This document shows positions 1 through 8,655 of a DNA stretch of 64,000 nt, one piece after another (position 1 is the stretch's first letter; every line of letters begins with the position of its first letter). The stretch comes from Betaproteobacteria bacterium (GTDB lineage Bacteria; Pseudomonadota; Gammaproteobacteria; Burkholderiales; SG8-39), in NCBI GenBank assembly GCA_052386675.1, contig JBQTJX010000004.1, positions 71,330 to 135,329 on the forward strand, in the 5' to 3' direction. The notes under the pieces were generated by a model that saw only the letters and a list, made by a program, of their open reading frames with translations, was not told the DNA's origin and did not search any database. A program made the position numbers and the translations under genes.

Positions 1-2
1 TT

Positions 3-212
3 GCCACCATCGTGCGCGGCGCGGACACCGGGCGGCTGGACCTCGCGCCCCAGTCCGCCGGCCTGGCGGCCATTTCGCTCGGCTTGTCGCGCAATTTCGT
101 CGACGATCACGAAATGCTGGCGCAGGGCATGGTGCTGTACGACGCGCTCTACCGCTGGTGCAGGGAGGGCAAGCAGGAACTGCACACCTGGAATCCGGAA
201 GCGTACCGATGA
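3..212 (+). CDS. chrB: ChrB-like chromate resistance protein, C-terminal fragment (gene begins upstream of window)
   Basis: Frame is open from the window edge to TGA 210-212, which overlaps the chrA ATG (ATGA). It sits directly upstream of chrA. The C-terminal sequence ...MVLYDALYRWCREGK... is recalled as ChrB-like, from memory only. Confidence 0.45.
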   Translation, partial: ATIVRGADTGRLDLAPQSAGLAAISLGLSRNFVDDHEMLAQGMVLYDALYRWCREGKQELHTWNPEAYR

Positions 213-1534
213 GCGTTACCGCCGCGATCCCGTTCCGGGAAGCACTCCTGTTCTGGCTCAAGCTCGGCTTCATCAGCTTCGGCGGCCCCACCGGGCAGAT
301 CGCGATCATGCACCAGGAACTGGTGGAGCGACGGCGCTGGATCTCGGAGAAGCGTTTCCTCCACGCGCTCAATTTCTGCATGGTGCTGCCCGGGCCGGAG
401 GCGACGCAGCTCGCAACCTACATAGGCTGGCTGATGCACCGGACCTGGGGCGGCATCGTGGCGGGCGGCCTGTTCGTGCTGCCCTCGGTGTTCATCCTGG
501 GCGCGCTGACCTGGATCTACCTCGTCTGGGGAAACGTGCCGCTGGTGGCGGGAATCTTCTACGGCATCAAGCCCGCGGTGGTGGCGATCGTGCTGGCGGC
601 GGCGTGGCGCATCGGCCAGCGGGCATTGAAGCATCCAGCGTTGTGGGCAATGTCAGCGGCCGCGTTCGTCGCCATCTTCGCCTTCGATGTCCCGTTCCCG
701 GCGATCGTGCTCGCCGCGGCGGTGCTGGGCTACTTCGGCGGCCAGCACCTGCCGCAGGTCTTCAGCGGCGGCGCGGGCCACGGCGATGCGAAAGCCGGCT
801 ACGGCCCGGCGCTGATCGACGACGACACGCCGACGCCCGCGCACGCGCGCTTCACCTGGCCCGGATTCTGGCGACACCTCGCCTACGGCATTGCCATCTG
901 GCTGGCCGCCATGGGTGCGCTGATGGCGGCATTCGGCTGGGAGGACGCGCTGACGCAGATGGGCTGGTTCTTCACCAAGGCCGCGCTGCTCACCTTCGGC
1001 GGCGCCTACGCCGTGCTTCCCTACGTCTACCAGGGCGCGGTGGAGCACTACCAGTGGCTGACGCCCCAGCAGATGATCGACGGCCTCGCGCTTGGGGAAA
1101 CCACGCCGGGGCCGCTCATCATGGTGGTCGCCTTCGTCGGCTTCGTAGGCGCCTGGACGCACGCGGTGTTCGGCGGCGAGGCGCTCGCCTGGGCGGGCTG
1201 GGCCGGCGCGCTGGTGGCGGCCTTCTTCACCTTCCTGCCCTCGTTCGTGTTCATCTTCGTCGGCGCGCCGTTCGTCGAGACCACGCACGGCAATTTGAAG
1301 TTCAGCGCGCCGCTCACCGGCATCACCGCCGCGGTGGTCGGCGTCATCGTCAACCTGGCGCTGTTCTTCGCCTGGCACGTGCTGTGGCCGAATGGCTGGG
1401 ACGGCGGGTTCGAGTGGCCCTCCGCGCTCATTGGCGCCGCGGCCTTCATCGCGCTGTTCCGCTACAAGGCCGGGATCATGCCGGTGATCGGCGCTTGCGC
1501 GCTGGCGGGCCTCGCGATTACCCTCCTTCGCTGA
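209..1534 (+). CDS. chrA: Chromate ion transporter ChrA (CHR family)
   Basis: 441-aa polytopic membrane protein. N-terminus FWLKLGFISFGGPTGQIAIMHQELVERRRWISEKRFLHALNFCMVLPGPEATQLATYIGW is a typical CHR-family signature, and the second half repeats the domain (LLTFGGAYAVLPY). Confidence 0.9.
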   Translation: MSVTAAIPFREALLFWLKLGFISFGGPTGQIAIMHQELVERRRWISEKRFLHALNFCMVLPGPEATQLATYIGWLMHRTWGGIVAGGLFVLPSVFILGALTWIYLVWGNVPLVAGIFYGIKPAVVAIVLAAAWRIGQRALKHPALWAMSAAAFVAIFAFDVPFPAIVLAAAVLGYFGGQHLPQVFSGGAGHGDAKAGYGPALIDDDTPTPAHARFTWPGFWRHLAYGIAIWLAAMGALMAAFGWEDALTQMGWFFTKAALLTFGGAYAVLPYVYQGAVEHYQWLTPQQMIDGLALGETTPGPLIMVVAFVGFVGAWTHAVFGGEALAWAGWAGALVAAFFTFLPSFVFIFVGAPFVETTHGNLKFSAPLTGITAAVVGVIVNLALFFAWHVLWPNGWDGGFEWPSALIGAAAFIALFRYKAGIMPVIGACALAGLAITLLR

Positions 1535-1553
1535 TCCCGCGAGGAGAGAATCC

Positions 1554-1841
1554 ATGGCTGGCTATGTCATCGCCGAGGTCGAAGTGCGCGACCCGGTCCT
1601 GTACGAGGAGTACCGCAAGCTCGTTCCCGCAACGATCGCGCAGTACGGCGGCAAGTACCTGGCGCGCGGCGGCGCCATAGACGTGAAGGAAGGCGGCTGG
1701 CAACCGAAGCGAATGGTGGTGCTGGAGTTCGCCTCCGCAGACCAGGCGCGCAAGTGGTATCACTCGCCCGAATACACGGTCGCCGCGGCCATCCGCCACA
1801 AGGCCGCGACCTCGAACGTGGTGATCGTCGAGGGCGCCTGA
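1554..1841 (+). CDS. DUF1330 domain protein
   Basis: 95 aa, MAGYVIAEVEVRDPVLYEEYRKLVPATIAQYGGKYLARGG... matches the DUF1330 pattern as I recall it. SD-like GGAGAG lies upstream. Confidence 0.75.
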   Translation: MAGYVIAEVEVRDPVLYEEYRKLVPATIAQYGGKYLARGGAIDVKEGGWQPKRMVVLEFASADQARKWYHSPEYTVAAAIRHKAATSNVVIVEGA

Positions 1842-1842
1842 C

Positions 1843-2358
1843 CTAGCGCACCCGGCGGATCACCGCACAGGCGATCCGCGCGCCGCTGTTGCCGGTGGGC
1901 TGCGTGCGGTAGTCGTCCGGATCGGCGTGCACGATCAGGCCGCGGCCGACGATGCTGGCCGGCCCCGGCGCCACCGTCATCAGGTCCAGGTCCACCTGCA
2001 GGCCGCTGGCGCCGGTGGCGTCCCCCTTCAGCGCCGGCAGGTCGCCGGCGTGGCGTTCGGCCTCGCTGAAATGCCCGTGCGGCATCCGGCCCGGATTGAA
2101 ATGGCCCTTGGCGCTCATGCCATCGCCCGAACTGCAGTCGCCCGCTTCATGGACATGAAAGCCGTGTTCGCGGCCGGGAGCGAGGCCGCTCAGCCTCGCG
2201 ACTACGCGAACCTTGTCATCCATCTGGTAGAAATGCACCGTCCCGGCGGCCTTGTTGCCGCGGGTGGGCTGGAGTTCCGCCACGGCATGCGGCGCATCCG
2301 CCGGTATGGTCTGGCAGCCCGCGAGGACTGCCGCGGCGGCCAGGAAGATCCTGCTCAC
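1843..2358 (-). CDS. sodC: Cu/Zn superoxide dismutase, lipoprotein form
   Basis: GTG start. Lipobox LAGC. Motifs HGFHVHEAGDC, GHFNP, HAGDLP and GLIVHADPDDY...GNSGARIACAVI are diagnostic of SodC. Confidence 0.9.
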   Translation of the reverse strand: MSRIFLAAAAVLAGCQTIPADAPHAVAELQPTRGNKAAGTVHFYQMDDKVRVVARLSGLAPGREHGFHVHEAGDCSSGDGMSAKGHFNPGRMPHGHFSEAERHAGDLPALKGDATGASGLQVDLDLMTVAPGPASIVGRGLIVHADPDDYRTQPTGNSGARIACAVIRRVR

Positions 2359-2366
2359 TTAGCGAG

Positions 2367-2639
2367 CTACTTCTTGGCGCCTTTCGCCGGGGCAGCCGGC
2401 TTGGCATCCATGGCGATGCCCTTGTTCTTCTTGTAGTTCGCCACCGCCTTGTCCACGGCCTTGTTGTTCAATTCGCCTTCCTTCGCCTTGGCCGCGGCGG
2501 CCTTCTCGGCGTCGGAGGCCTTCTCCGCATCGGTCTTCGCGGGCGGCGGCGGCAGCTTGGCATGCACCGCGGTGTACGACCCGATCGCGAGCCCGCCCGC
2601 GATCGCCAGCACGTATCCAAGTTTCCCGAGTTTCTTCAC
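2367..2639 (-). CDS. Small membrane-anchored Lys/Ala-rich protein, unknown function
   Basis: 90 aa. GTG start with GGGAGAG SD, 17 nt after the fdh gamma stop. One N-terminal hydrophobic helix followed by a low-complexity KA-rich tail. Confidence 0.45.
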   Translation of the reverse strand: MKKLGKLGYVLAIAGGLAIGSYTAVHAKLPPPPAKTDAEKASDAEKAAAAKAKEGELNNKAVDKAVANYKKNKGIAMDAKPAAPAKGAKK

Positions 2640-2656
2640 GTGGCTCTCCCTGTTCC

Positions 2657-3724
2657 TCAGTGCGATGCCTGTGGCGCGGCGCCGGCCTTGGCGGCGGCCC
2701 CGGACGCGGACTTGCCCGATTTAACCTCGTCGTACCAGTACTGGTGGTGCTCCCTGGCCCAGATCTCGTCCACGAAACCGGTGCGCATGGACTGGTAGGC
2801 GCCCTCGACGCCGATGGTGCCCATGTAGATGTGGCCAAGGGACGCCGCGATCACCAGCAGCGCCGAGACGCCGTGGATGATGTTCATCTGCTGCATGGTG
2901 CTGCGCAGCTGCTCGAAGTTCGGGAACAGCATCACCAGGCCCGAGGCGCTGACGATCAGGCACAGCACCACCACGCCGCCCCAGAACCAGGCTTTCTCCC
3001 CGGCGTTGAAGCGCCCGGAGGCGATGTGCTCGCCGCGGAAGAAGAATCCCCAGACCTTGCCGAACCAGGCGAAGTCGTAGGCCCTGGGCAGGTTGTCCTT
3101 GATGTACATGACGATGAACACGAGCAGGCTCACCATGAACAGCGGCGCGACGAAATTGTGCAGGTTCTTGGCGAGCGCGGTGAGCCAGGCAAACAGCGTG
3201 TAGCCGATCACCGGCAGCAGCACGTACTTGCCGAACAGGATGATCAGTCCCGAGATGCCCAGCACCACGAACGAGATCCCCATGGTCCAGTGCGCCCAGC
3301 GCTCTGCACTGGAGAAACGCTCGATCAGGCGCCCGCTGGGCTTGTCGTGCAGCTTGATCGGGCCGCGCCCGAAATACAGCGCCGCGATGACCAGCGCCAC
3401 CAGCACCACAAGCCAGCCGCCGTAGAAAGTGACCGGGCCGTTTCGGTATTGCCGCCAGGCCTCGCCGGCGGTGGTGAACTTGTCCTGGCCGAGGAAGCGC
3501 GCCTGCCCCTGCACCAGCACGCCCATCTCGCGGCCGGGCAGGCTGGTGTAGTTCGGCTGTCCGGATTTCACCTCGGACCAGACTTCCTTGTTGTTGCCCG
3601 GCTGGTCGACCGTGCGCTTCTGCATGGCAGCGTCGGAAGAACCGGCAGGTACAGGGGCAGGCGCCTGCGCCATGGCGACGGACGCGATACAGAAAGCCGC
3701 GACAAATGCGGACGTCTTCAGCAT
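2657..3724 (-). CDS. Formate dehydrogenase gamma subunit (FdnI-like cytochrome b) with N-terminal periplasmic extension
   Basis: Start chosen at ATG 3724 (MLKTSAFVAAFCIASVAMAQA signal). Four TM helices with conserved His (ERWAHWT, NLHNFV, IIHGV, GHIYMG). Last structural gene after the alpha and beta subunits. Confidence 0.85.
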   Translation of the reverse strand: MLKTSAFVAAFCIASVAMAQAPAPVPAGSSDAAMQKRTVDQPGNNKEVWSEVKSGQPNYTSLPGREMGVLVQGQARFLGQDKFTTAGEAWRQYRNGPVTFYGGWLVVLVALVIAALYFGRGPIKLHDKPSGRLIERFSSAERWAHWTMGISFVVLGISGLIILFGKYVLLPVIGYTLFAWLTALAKNLHNFVAPLFMVSLLVFIVMYIKDNLPRAYDFAWFGKVWGFFFRGEHIASGRFNAGEKAWFWGGVVVLCLIVSASGLVMLFPNFEQLRSTMQQMNIIHGVSALLVIAASLGHIYMGTIGVEGAYQSMRTGFVDEIWAREHHQYWYDEVKSGKSASGAAAKAGAAPQASH

Positions 3725-3737
3725 TCTTGCCCCCGCT

Positions 3738-3986
3738 CTATTGGTAAATGCGCTTGTGCTCGTGCTGCGCCAGCTGGCGGTTCTTGATCTGCGTCTCCCA
3801 GCTCGTGCGGTCGCCCTTGGCCCATTTGGCGGATTCATGCTCGGTCGGCGCATTGGCCCAGGGCTGCGTGTCCGGCTTGCCCTGGTACTTGCCCGCCTTC
3901 GGGCCGGCGCCGGTCTGCTCGACTTCCATGCAGCCGGCCAGCGCAAGCGCCGCGCAGGCCGCTAGCGCAGTGAATCCGGCCCTCAC
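3738..3986 (-). CDS. Small lipoprotein encoded between fdh beta and gamma
   Basis: GTG 3986 overlaps the fdh beta TGA (GTGA). Lipobox ALALAGC. 82 aa. Function unknown. Confidence 0.45.
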   Translation of the reverse strand: MRAGFTALAACAALALAGCMEVEQTGAGPKAGKYQGKPDTQPWANAPTEHESAKWAKGDRTSWETQIKNRQLAQHEHKRIYQ

Positions 3987-4627
3987 GACTTGCCCGCCGG
4001 CGCGGGCGCCGCGGGAGCCGCAGCGGGCTTGCCGCCGGGCTGGCCGTAGGCTGTTCCCCAACCCCAGGCCTCGGCACCCTTGGTGCCGCGGCGCGCCACG
4101 CGCTCACGGTAGATATCGGCGACGACGTCGCCGTCACCACCCAGCAGCGCCTTGGTGGAGCACATTTCCGCGCAGGCTGGCAACTTGCCTTCGGCCAGCC
4201 GGTTGCGGCCGTACTTGCGGAACTCGCTGTCGGACCGGTCGGCCTCGGGGCCGCCGGCGCAGAACGTGCACTTGTCCATCTTGCCGCGCAGGCCGAAGGC
4301 GCCCGCCTGCGGGAACTGCGGCGCGCCGAAGGGGCAGGCGTAGAAACAGTAGCCGCAGCCGATGCACAGGTCCTTGTCGTGCAGCACCACCCCGTCATCC
4401 GTCCGGTAGAAGCAGTCCACCGGGCACACCGCCATGCAGGGCGCGTCCGAGCAGTGCATGCAGGCGACCGAGATGGATTTCTCGGCGCCGATGACGCCGT
4501 CGTTGATGGTGACTACGCGGCGCCGGTTGACGCCCCAGGGCACCTCGTTCTCGTTCTTGCAGGCCGTGACGCAACCGTTGCATTCGATGCAGCGTTCGGC
4601 GTCGCAGAGGAATTTCATTCTGGCCAT
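3983..4627 (-). CDS. Formate dehydrogenase iron-sulfur (beta) subunit, 4Fe-4S dicluster family
   Basis: CIECNGCVTAC, CMHCSDAPCMAVCP, CIGCGYCFYACP and CTFC...CAEMC cluster motifs. Immediately downstream of the alpha subunit. Confidence 0.9.
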   Translation of the reverse strand: MARMKFLCDAERCIECNGCVTACKNENEVPWGVNRRRVVTINDGVIGAEKSISVACMHCSDAPCMAVCPVDCFYRTDDGVVLHDKDLCIGCGYCFYACPFGAPQFPQAGAFGLRGKMDKCTFCAGGPEADRSDSEFRKYGRNRLAEGKLPACAEMCSTKALLGGDGDVVADIYRERVARRGTKGAEAWGWGTAYGQPGGKPAAAPAAPAPAGKS

Positions 4628-4654
4628 GGCTGTCTCCTTGTTCTCGTCGCCGGG

Positions 4655-7645
4655 TTAAGCCGTGAACTTCTCGACCTGGCAGAGCGTCGTCTTGGTTTCC
4701 TGCATCATCGTCACGCGGTCGTAGCCGTAGGTGGTGGCGGTGTTCACCGCCTCGCCGCGCACGATCGGCGCCGCGCCTTCCGGGTAGTAGGCCAGCATGT
4801 CCTGGCCCTGCCACCAACCCGAGAAGTGGAACGGGATGAAGCAGGTGTCCGCGCCCACGCGCTCGGTCACCAGAGCCTTGACCTTCAGGCGCACATGCTT
4901 GCCGTCGGCGTTGCGCCCCGGGGTGCTGACCCAGACGTATTCACCGTTGCGAATGCCGCGGTCGGCCGCGGTCTTCGGATTGACCTCGACGAAGTTGTCC
5001 TGCATCAGTTCGGCGAGCCACGGGTTGGAGCGCGTCTCCTCGCCGCCGCCCTCGTACTCCACCAGGCGGCCGCTGGTGAGCACCAGCGGGAACTTCTTGT
5101 GCATGTCCTCCTTGACGGCCTTCTGCTGCACGGTCTTGAAGAGGGTCGGCAGGCGCCACAGCGTCTTGACGTCGTCGTGGGTCGGGTACTTCTCGACCAT
5201 GTCCGGACGCGGGCTGAACAGCGGCTCGCGGTGCTGCGGGATGCCGTCCGGGAAGTTCCAGACGATGGCCCGCGCCTTGGCATTGCCGAACGGGTGGTTG
5301 CCGTGCTTCATCGCGACGCGCTGGATGCCGCCGGAGAGATCGTTGGCCCATGTCTTGCCCTCGGCCTCCTTTTTCTCCTCGTCCGTGAGTTCGTCCCACC
5401 AGCCCAGCTTCTTCAGCAGACCGTGGTCGAACTGCGGGTGGCCGGTGGTGATGTCGGCGCCCTTGGGGTGCACGCCGTCCTCGGCGAGCAGGTTGACGCC
5501 GTCGCGCTCCACCCCGAACAGGGCGCGGAAGTTGCCGCCGCCGTCCATCATGTGCTTGGAGGTGTCGTACAGGTTGGGCGAGCCCGGGTGCTTGATCGCA
5601 GCGGTGCCATAGCAGGGCCATGGCAGGCCATAGTAGTCGCCAGTCATGTCATAGCCGGTCTTGGCGTCCTTGCCGCCCTTGCACTTGAGCGTCTTGACAT
5701 CGAACAGGTGCATGTTGCGCATGTGGGCCTGGATGCGCTCCGGCGACTGGCCGGTATAGCCGATTGTCCAGGCGCCCCGGTTGACTTCGCGCAGCGTGTC
5801 TTCCATTGACGGCTCCTCGCCGCCCTTTCCCTTGACCAGCTTGATGTTCTGCTTGCCGTCCCTCTTGCCGACCAGCTGGTCGGCGAAGCCCAGCTTTGCG
5901 GCAAGCTGGTACATGATCATGTGGTCGGTGCGCGACTCGAACACCGGGTCGATCACCTTCTCGCGCCACTGGATGGAGCGGTTCGACGCCGTCGCCGAGC
6001 CCTCCGTCTCCAACTGCGTCGCAACCGGCAGCAGGTAGGCGCCGTCCTTCCTCACCATGGCGAACATCGCCGCCGAGGCGGAAGGGTACGGATCCAGCAC
6101 CACCATCAGGTCGAGCTTCTTCATCGCCTCGACCATCTCCGAGCCTCGGGATTGGCTGTTTGGCGCATGGCCCCAGAAGAAAATGGCGCGCAGGTTCGGA
6201 TCCTGGTCCACCGCGTCGTTCTTCTCGGTGACGCCGTCGATCCAGCGCGACACCGTCATGCCCGGCTTGGCCATCATGGCCGGCGAGGCGTATTGGCCCT
6301 GCAGCCACTTCAGGTCCACGTTCCACACCCGCGACCAGTGCGCCCAGGAACCAGGCACCGCGACCGGGTAATAGCCCGGCAGCGTGTCCGGGTTGGGACC
6401 GATGTCGGTCGCGCCCTGCACGTTGTCATGGCCGCGGTAGATGTTGCAGCCGCCGCCGGAGCGGCCGACGTTGCCCAGCGCGAGCATCAGGATATTGGAG
6501 GCTCGCACCACCGCGTTGGCGTTGGTGTGCTGCGTCTGGCCCATGGCCCAGATGATGAAGCCCGGGCGGTTCTCCGCCAGCGTCTTGGCGACCAGGTGGA
6601 TCTCGGCCTCGCTGCAGCCGGTGGCCTCGGTCACCTTGTCCGGGGTCCACTTCGCCAGCACTTCTTCCTTCACCTTGTCCATGCCGTAGACGCGGGTGCG
6701 GATGTACTCCTTGTCCTCCCAGCCGTTCTTGAAGACGTGGTGCAGGACGCCGAACAGGAACGGCACGTCCGTTCCCGAGCGGAAGCGCACGTACTGATCG
6801 GCCTTGGCGGCGGTGCGCGTGTAGCGCGGATCAGCGACGATTACCTTGCAGCCATTCTCCTTGGCGTGCAGCGTGTGCAGCATGGATACCGGATGCGCCT
6901 CTGCGGCGTTCGAGCCCAGGAACAGCAGGCTCTTGGAATTCTGCTCGTCGTTGTACGAATTGGTCATCGCGCCGTAGCCCCAGGTCTGGGCGACGCCGGC
7001 GACGGTGGTGGAGTGGCAGATGCGCGCCTGGTGGTCGGTGTTGTTGGTGCCCCAGAGCGACACCCACTTGCGCAGCAGGTATGCCTGCTCGTTGTTGTGC
7101 TTGGAGGAGCCGACCACGAACAGGGCGTCGGGCCCGGATTCCTTGCGTATCGCGAGCAGCTTCTTCGAGATCTCGTCGTAGGCGACGTCCCAGGAGATCT
7201 TCTTCCACTTGCCGCCTTCGAGCTTCATCGGGTGCTTCAGGCGGTGCGAATCGTGGGTGATGCCGTGCTCGCGGATCGAGGCGCCCTTGGCGCAGTGCGC
7301 GCCGAGATTGATGGGCGAGTCGAACACCGGCTCCTGGCGTATCCAGACGCCGTTCTGCACATGGGCGTCGATCGCGCAACCCACCGAACAGTGCGTGCAC
7401 ACGGTGCGCTTGACCTCGATCTTGCCGCCCTCGCCTTCCTTGGCGGCCTCGGCCTGGCCGATGACGCTGAAGGGCAGCTGCGAGGCGACGGCGCCGGCGC
7501 CGACGGTGAAGCCGGAGCGCTTGAGGAACGCGCGCCGGTCGAGCGTCTTGCCCATCACGGCGGACAGGCCGCGCGAGAGGCGATTCTGGACGGCACTCGT
7601 GCCGTGGGAAGCGGCGGGAGTGGACGACTTCTTCGTGAGCAGCAT
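4655..7645 (-). CDS. Periplasmic formate dehydrogenase alpha subunit (molybdopterin), Cys-type
   Basis: 996 aa. GAGGAGG SD 7 nt before ATG 7645. Twin-arginine signal DRRAFLKRSG. N-terminal CTHCSVGC Fe-S motif. HQARICHSTTV has Cys (TGC 7016-7018) where FdnG-type enzymes carry Sec. Confidence 0.95.
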   Translation of the reverse strand: MLLTKKSSTPAASHGTSAVQNRLSRGLSAVMGKTLDRRAFLKRSGFTVGAGAVASQLPFSVIGQAEAAKEGEGGKIEVKRTVCTHCSVGCAIDAHVQNGVWIRQEPVFDSPINLGAHCAKGASIREHGITHDSHRLKHPMKLEGGKWKKISWDVAYDEISKKLLAIRKESGPDALFVVGSSKHNNEQAYLLRKWVSLWGTNNTDHQARICHSTTVAGVAQTWGYGAMTNSYNDEQNSKSLLFLGSNAAEAHPVSMLHTLHAKENGCKVIVADPRYTRTAAKADQYVRFRSGTDVPFLFGVLHHVFKNGWEDKEYIRTRVYGMDKVKEEVLAKWTPDKVTEATGCSEAEIHLVAKTLAENRPGFIIWAMGQTQHTNANAVVRASNILMLALGNVGRSGGGCNIYRGHDNVQGATDIGPNPDTLPGYYPVAVPGSWAHWSRVWNVDLKWLQGQYASPAMMAKPGMTVSRWIDGVTEKNDAVDQDPNLRAIFFWGHAPNSQSRGSEMVEAMKKLDLMVVLDPYPSASAAMFAMVRKDGAYLLPVATQLETEGSATASNRSIQWREKVIDPVFESRTDHMIMYQLAAKLGFADQLVGKRDGKQNIKLVKGKGGEEPSMEDTLREVNRGAWTIGYTGQSPERIQAHMRNMHLFDVKTLKCKGGKDAKTGYDMTGDYYGLPWPCYGTAAIKHPGSPNLYDTSKHMMDGGGNFRALFGVERDGVNLLAEDGVHPKGADITTGHPQFDHGLLKKLGWWDELTDEEKKEAEGKTWANDLSGGIQRVAMKHGNHPFGNAKARAIVWNFPDGIPQHREPLFSPRPDMVEKYPTHDDVKTLWRLPTLFKTVQQKAVKEDMHKKFPLVLTSGRLVEYEGGGEETRSNPWLAELMQDNFVEVNPKTAADRGIRNGEYVWVSTPGRNADGKHVRLKVKALVTERVGADTCFIPFHFSGWWQGQDMLAYYPEGAAPIVRGEAVNTATTYGYDRVTMMQETKTTLCQVEKFTA

Positions 7646-7656
7646 GGCGCGCCTCC

Positions 7657-7854
7657 TCAGACTTTCGCCGAGCGGTAGTAGTTGTTGACGTGCTCCGTGA
7701 CGTGGTAGCCCTGCGTCGAGCGCTTGTCCCCGTCCTTTGCAACCGTTTCGGGCGCGGGCCTGGTCGCGACCGCGGCCGCAGCGGCAGCGGCGCCGCCTGC
7801 GCCGAGCGTCACGAGAAAAGTCCTGCGGGAAAGCCTGGTTTTTTTGTCGCTCAT
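7657..7854 (-). CDS. Formate-dehydrogenase-region Tat-target small protein
   Basis: 65 aa with SRRTFLVTLGAGGAAAA twin-arginine signal, directly upstream of the alpha subunit. AGGAGA SD. Family recalled from memory. Confidence 0.7.
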   Translation of the reverse strand: MSDKKTRLSRRTFLVTLGAGGAAAAAAAVATRPAPETVAKDGDKRSTQGYHVTEHVNNYYRSAKV

Positions 7855-7936
7855 CGGTCGTCTCCTCTTGTGCCGTCCACGTTCCTGCTCAGCCCTCGCA
7901 CCAATTCGGGGCCCGGCTTATGAAAACCTGTGCAAA

Positions 7937-7955
7937 ATTACCTGTCTATTACCTG
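7937..7955 (-). promoter_or_regulatory. Two direct ATTACCTG repeats spaced 11 bp apart (CAGGTAAT in gene sense) in the AT-rich fdh upstream region
   Basis: ATTACCTG at 7937-7944 and 7948-7955, plus a third ACCTG at 7926-7930. They lie 83-100 nt upstream of the first fdh-operon start codon. Confidence 0.3.
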
Positions 7956-7973
7956 AACCACAAGAGAAAGTTG

Positions 7974-8006
7974 GCGCGAAGTCGGGATGCGTTCTTGACT
8001 TCGCGC
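7974..8006 (-). terminator. Candidate terminator hairpin between the accessory operon and the fdh structural operon
   Basis: Perfect 10-bp stem GCGCGAAGTC/GACTTCGCGC with a 13-nt loop, 32 nt after the TorD-like stop. Followed in gene sense by CAACTTTCTCTT, a weak T tract. Confidence 0.35.
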
Positions 8007-8037
8007 TCGCAGTTGAGAGGCGTTCTCGACTGAGCGC

Positions 8038-8655
8038 TCAACCGATGTCGAATGCTTCGTTCTCAAGTTCGAAGAAGGCGCGCGCGAACCGGGCAGCAGA
8101 TCGGTAAAAACGCGCTTTCGGCGAAGCGCTTACCGCAGTGCAGAAGGCGGTTGCGCCGCGGTACACGAAGCGCTTGAAGAAAACCCTCTGTTCCTCAAGG
8201 CCTCTCTGCTGCACCGCAATAGCCATTCGCATCACTTCGCACATCGCCGCGATGTGGTCTTCCGGTTCATGCGCGGATTCGCGCCGCGCCAGTCCCCAGC
8301 GCTCGAGTTGCTGCTTCACGTCGACCAATGGCGTGTCGTTGGCGTGCGCCAGCACGTAATGCGAGAGGTACGGCGTGACCTCGGCCTTGCCGGTACCGAT
8401 GAACAGTTCGGTGTGCTCGTCCTCCAGCTGCACCGGGAATGCCTTGCGGCAGGCGTCCATCATCTCGCGCCAGGCGTCGGCGATCTCCGATGGCGAGGTG
8501 TCGAATGGCTCTGCATTGAGCAGCTCGCCCAGCAGCTGCGCATCCGGCGCCTGGTAGAACAGCCGCGCGATGAGGCCGTAGAAATTGGCGCGCGCCCGGT
8601 CCTCTTCGTCCAGGGACACCTGGCCTGCGGCAATAAGCGTCGAATCCTGGCTCAT
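8038..8655 (-). CDS. TorD/DmsD-family redox-enzyme maturation chaperone-like protein
   Basis: 205 aa. ATG 8655 overlaps the upstream stop (ATGA). Sequence ...ANFYGLIARLFYQAPDAQLL...EHTELFIGTG...PYLSHY... matches the TorD-like pattern. Confidence 0.7.
   Translation of the reverse strand: MSQDSTLIAAGQVSLDEEDRARANFYGLIARLFYQAPDAQLLGELLNAEPFDTSPSEIADAWREMMDACRKAFPVQLEDEHTELFIGTGKAEVTPYLSHYVLAHANDTPLVDVKQQLERWGLARRESAHEPEDHIAAMCEVMRMAIAVQQRGLEEQRVFFKRFVYRGATAFCTAVSASPKARFYRSAARFARAFFELENEAFDIG

Noticed and set aside
1-1680. Very long alternative-frame and antisense ORFs throughout the window. Examples: 1..1680+, 5921..7678+, 8772..10889+, 19998..22508-, 22666..25485-, 27254..30445-, 44995..47928+, 54016..55815-.
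   Set aside because: They are Arg/Ala/Gly/Pro-rich, low-complexity translations that overlap well-supported genes with clear motifs. This is the expected stop-codon-poor artefact of high-GC DNA.
4655-7645. Looked for an in-frame TGA (Sec) in the formate dehydrogenase alpha gene.
   Set aside because: The frame is continuous over 996 codons, and the Sec-equivalent position is TGC (Cys).
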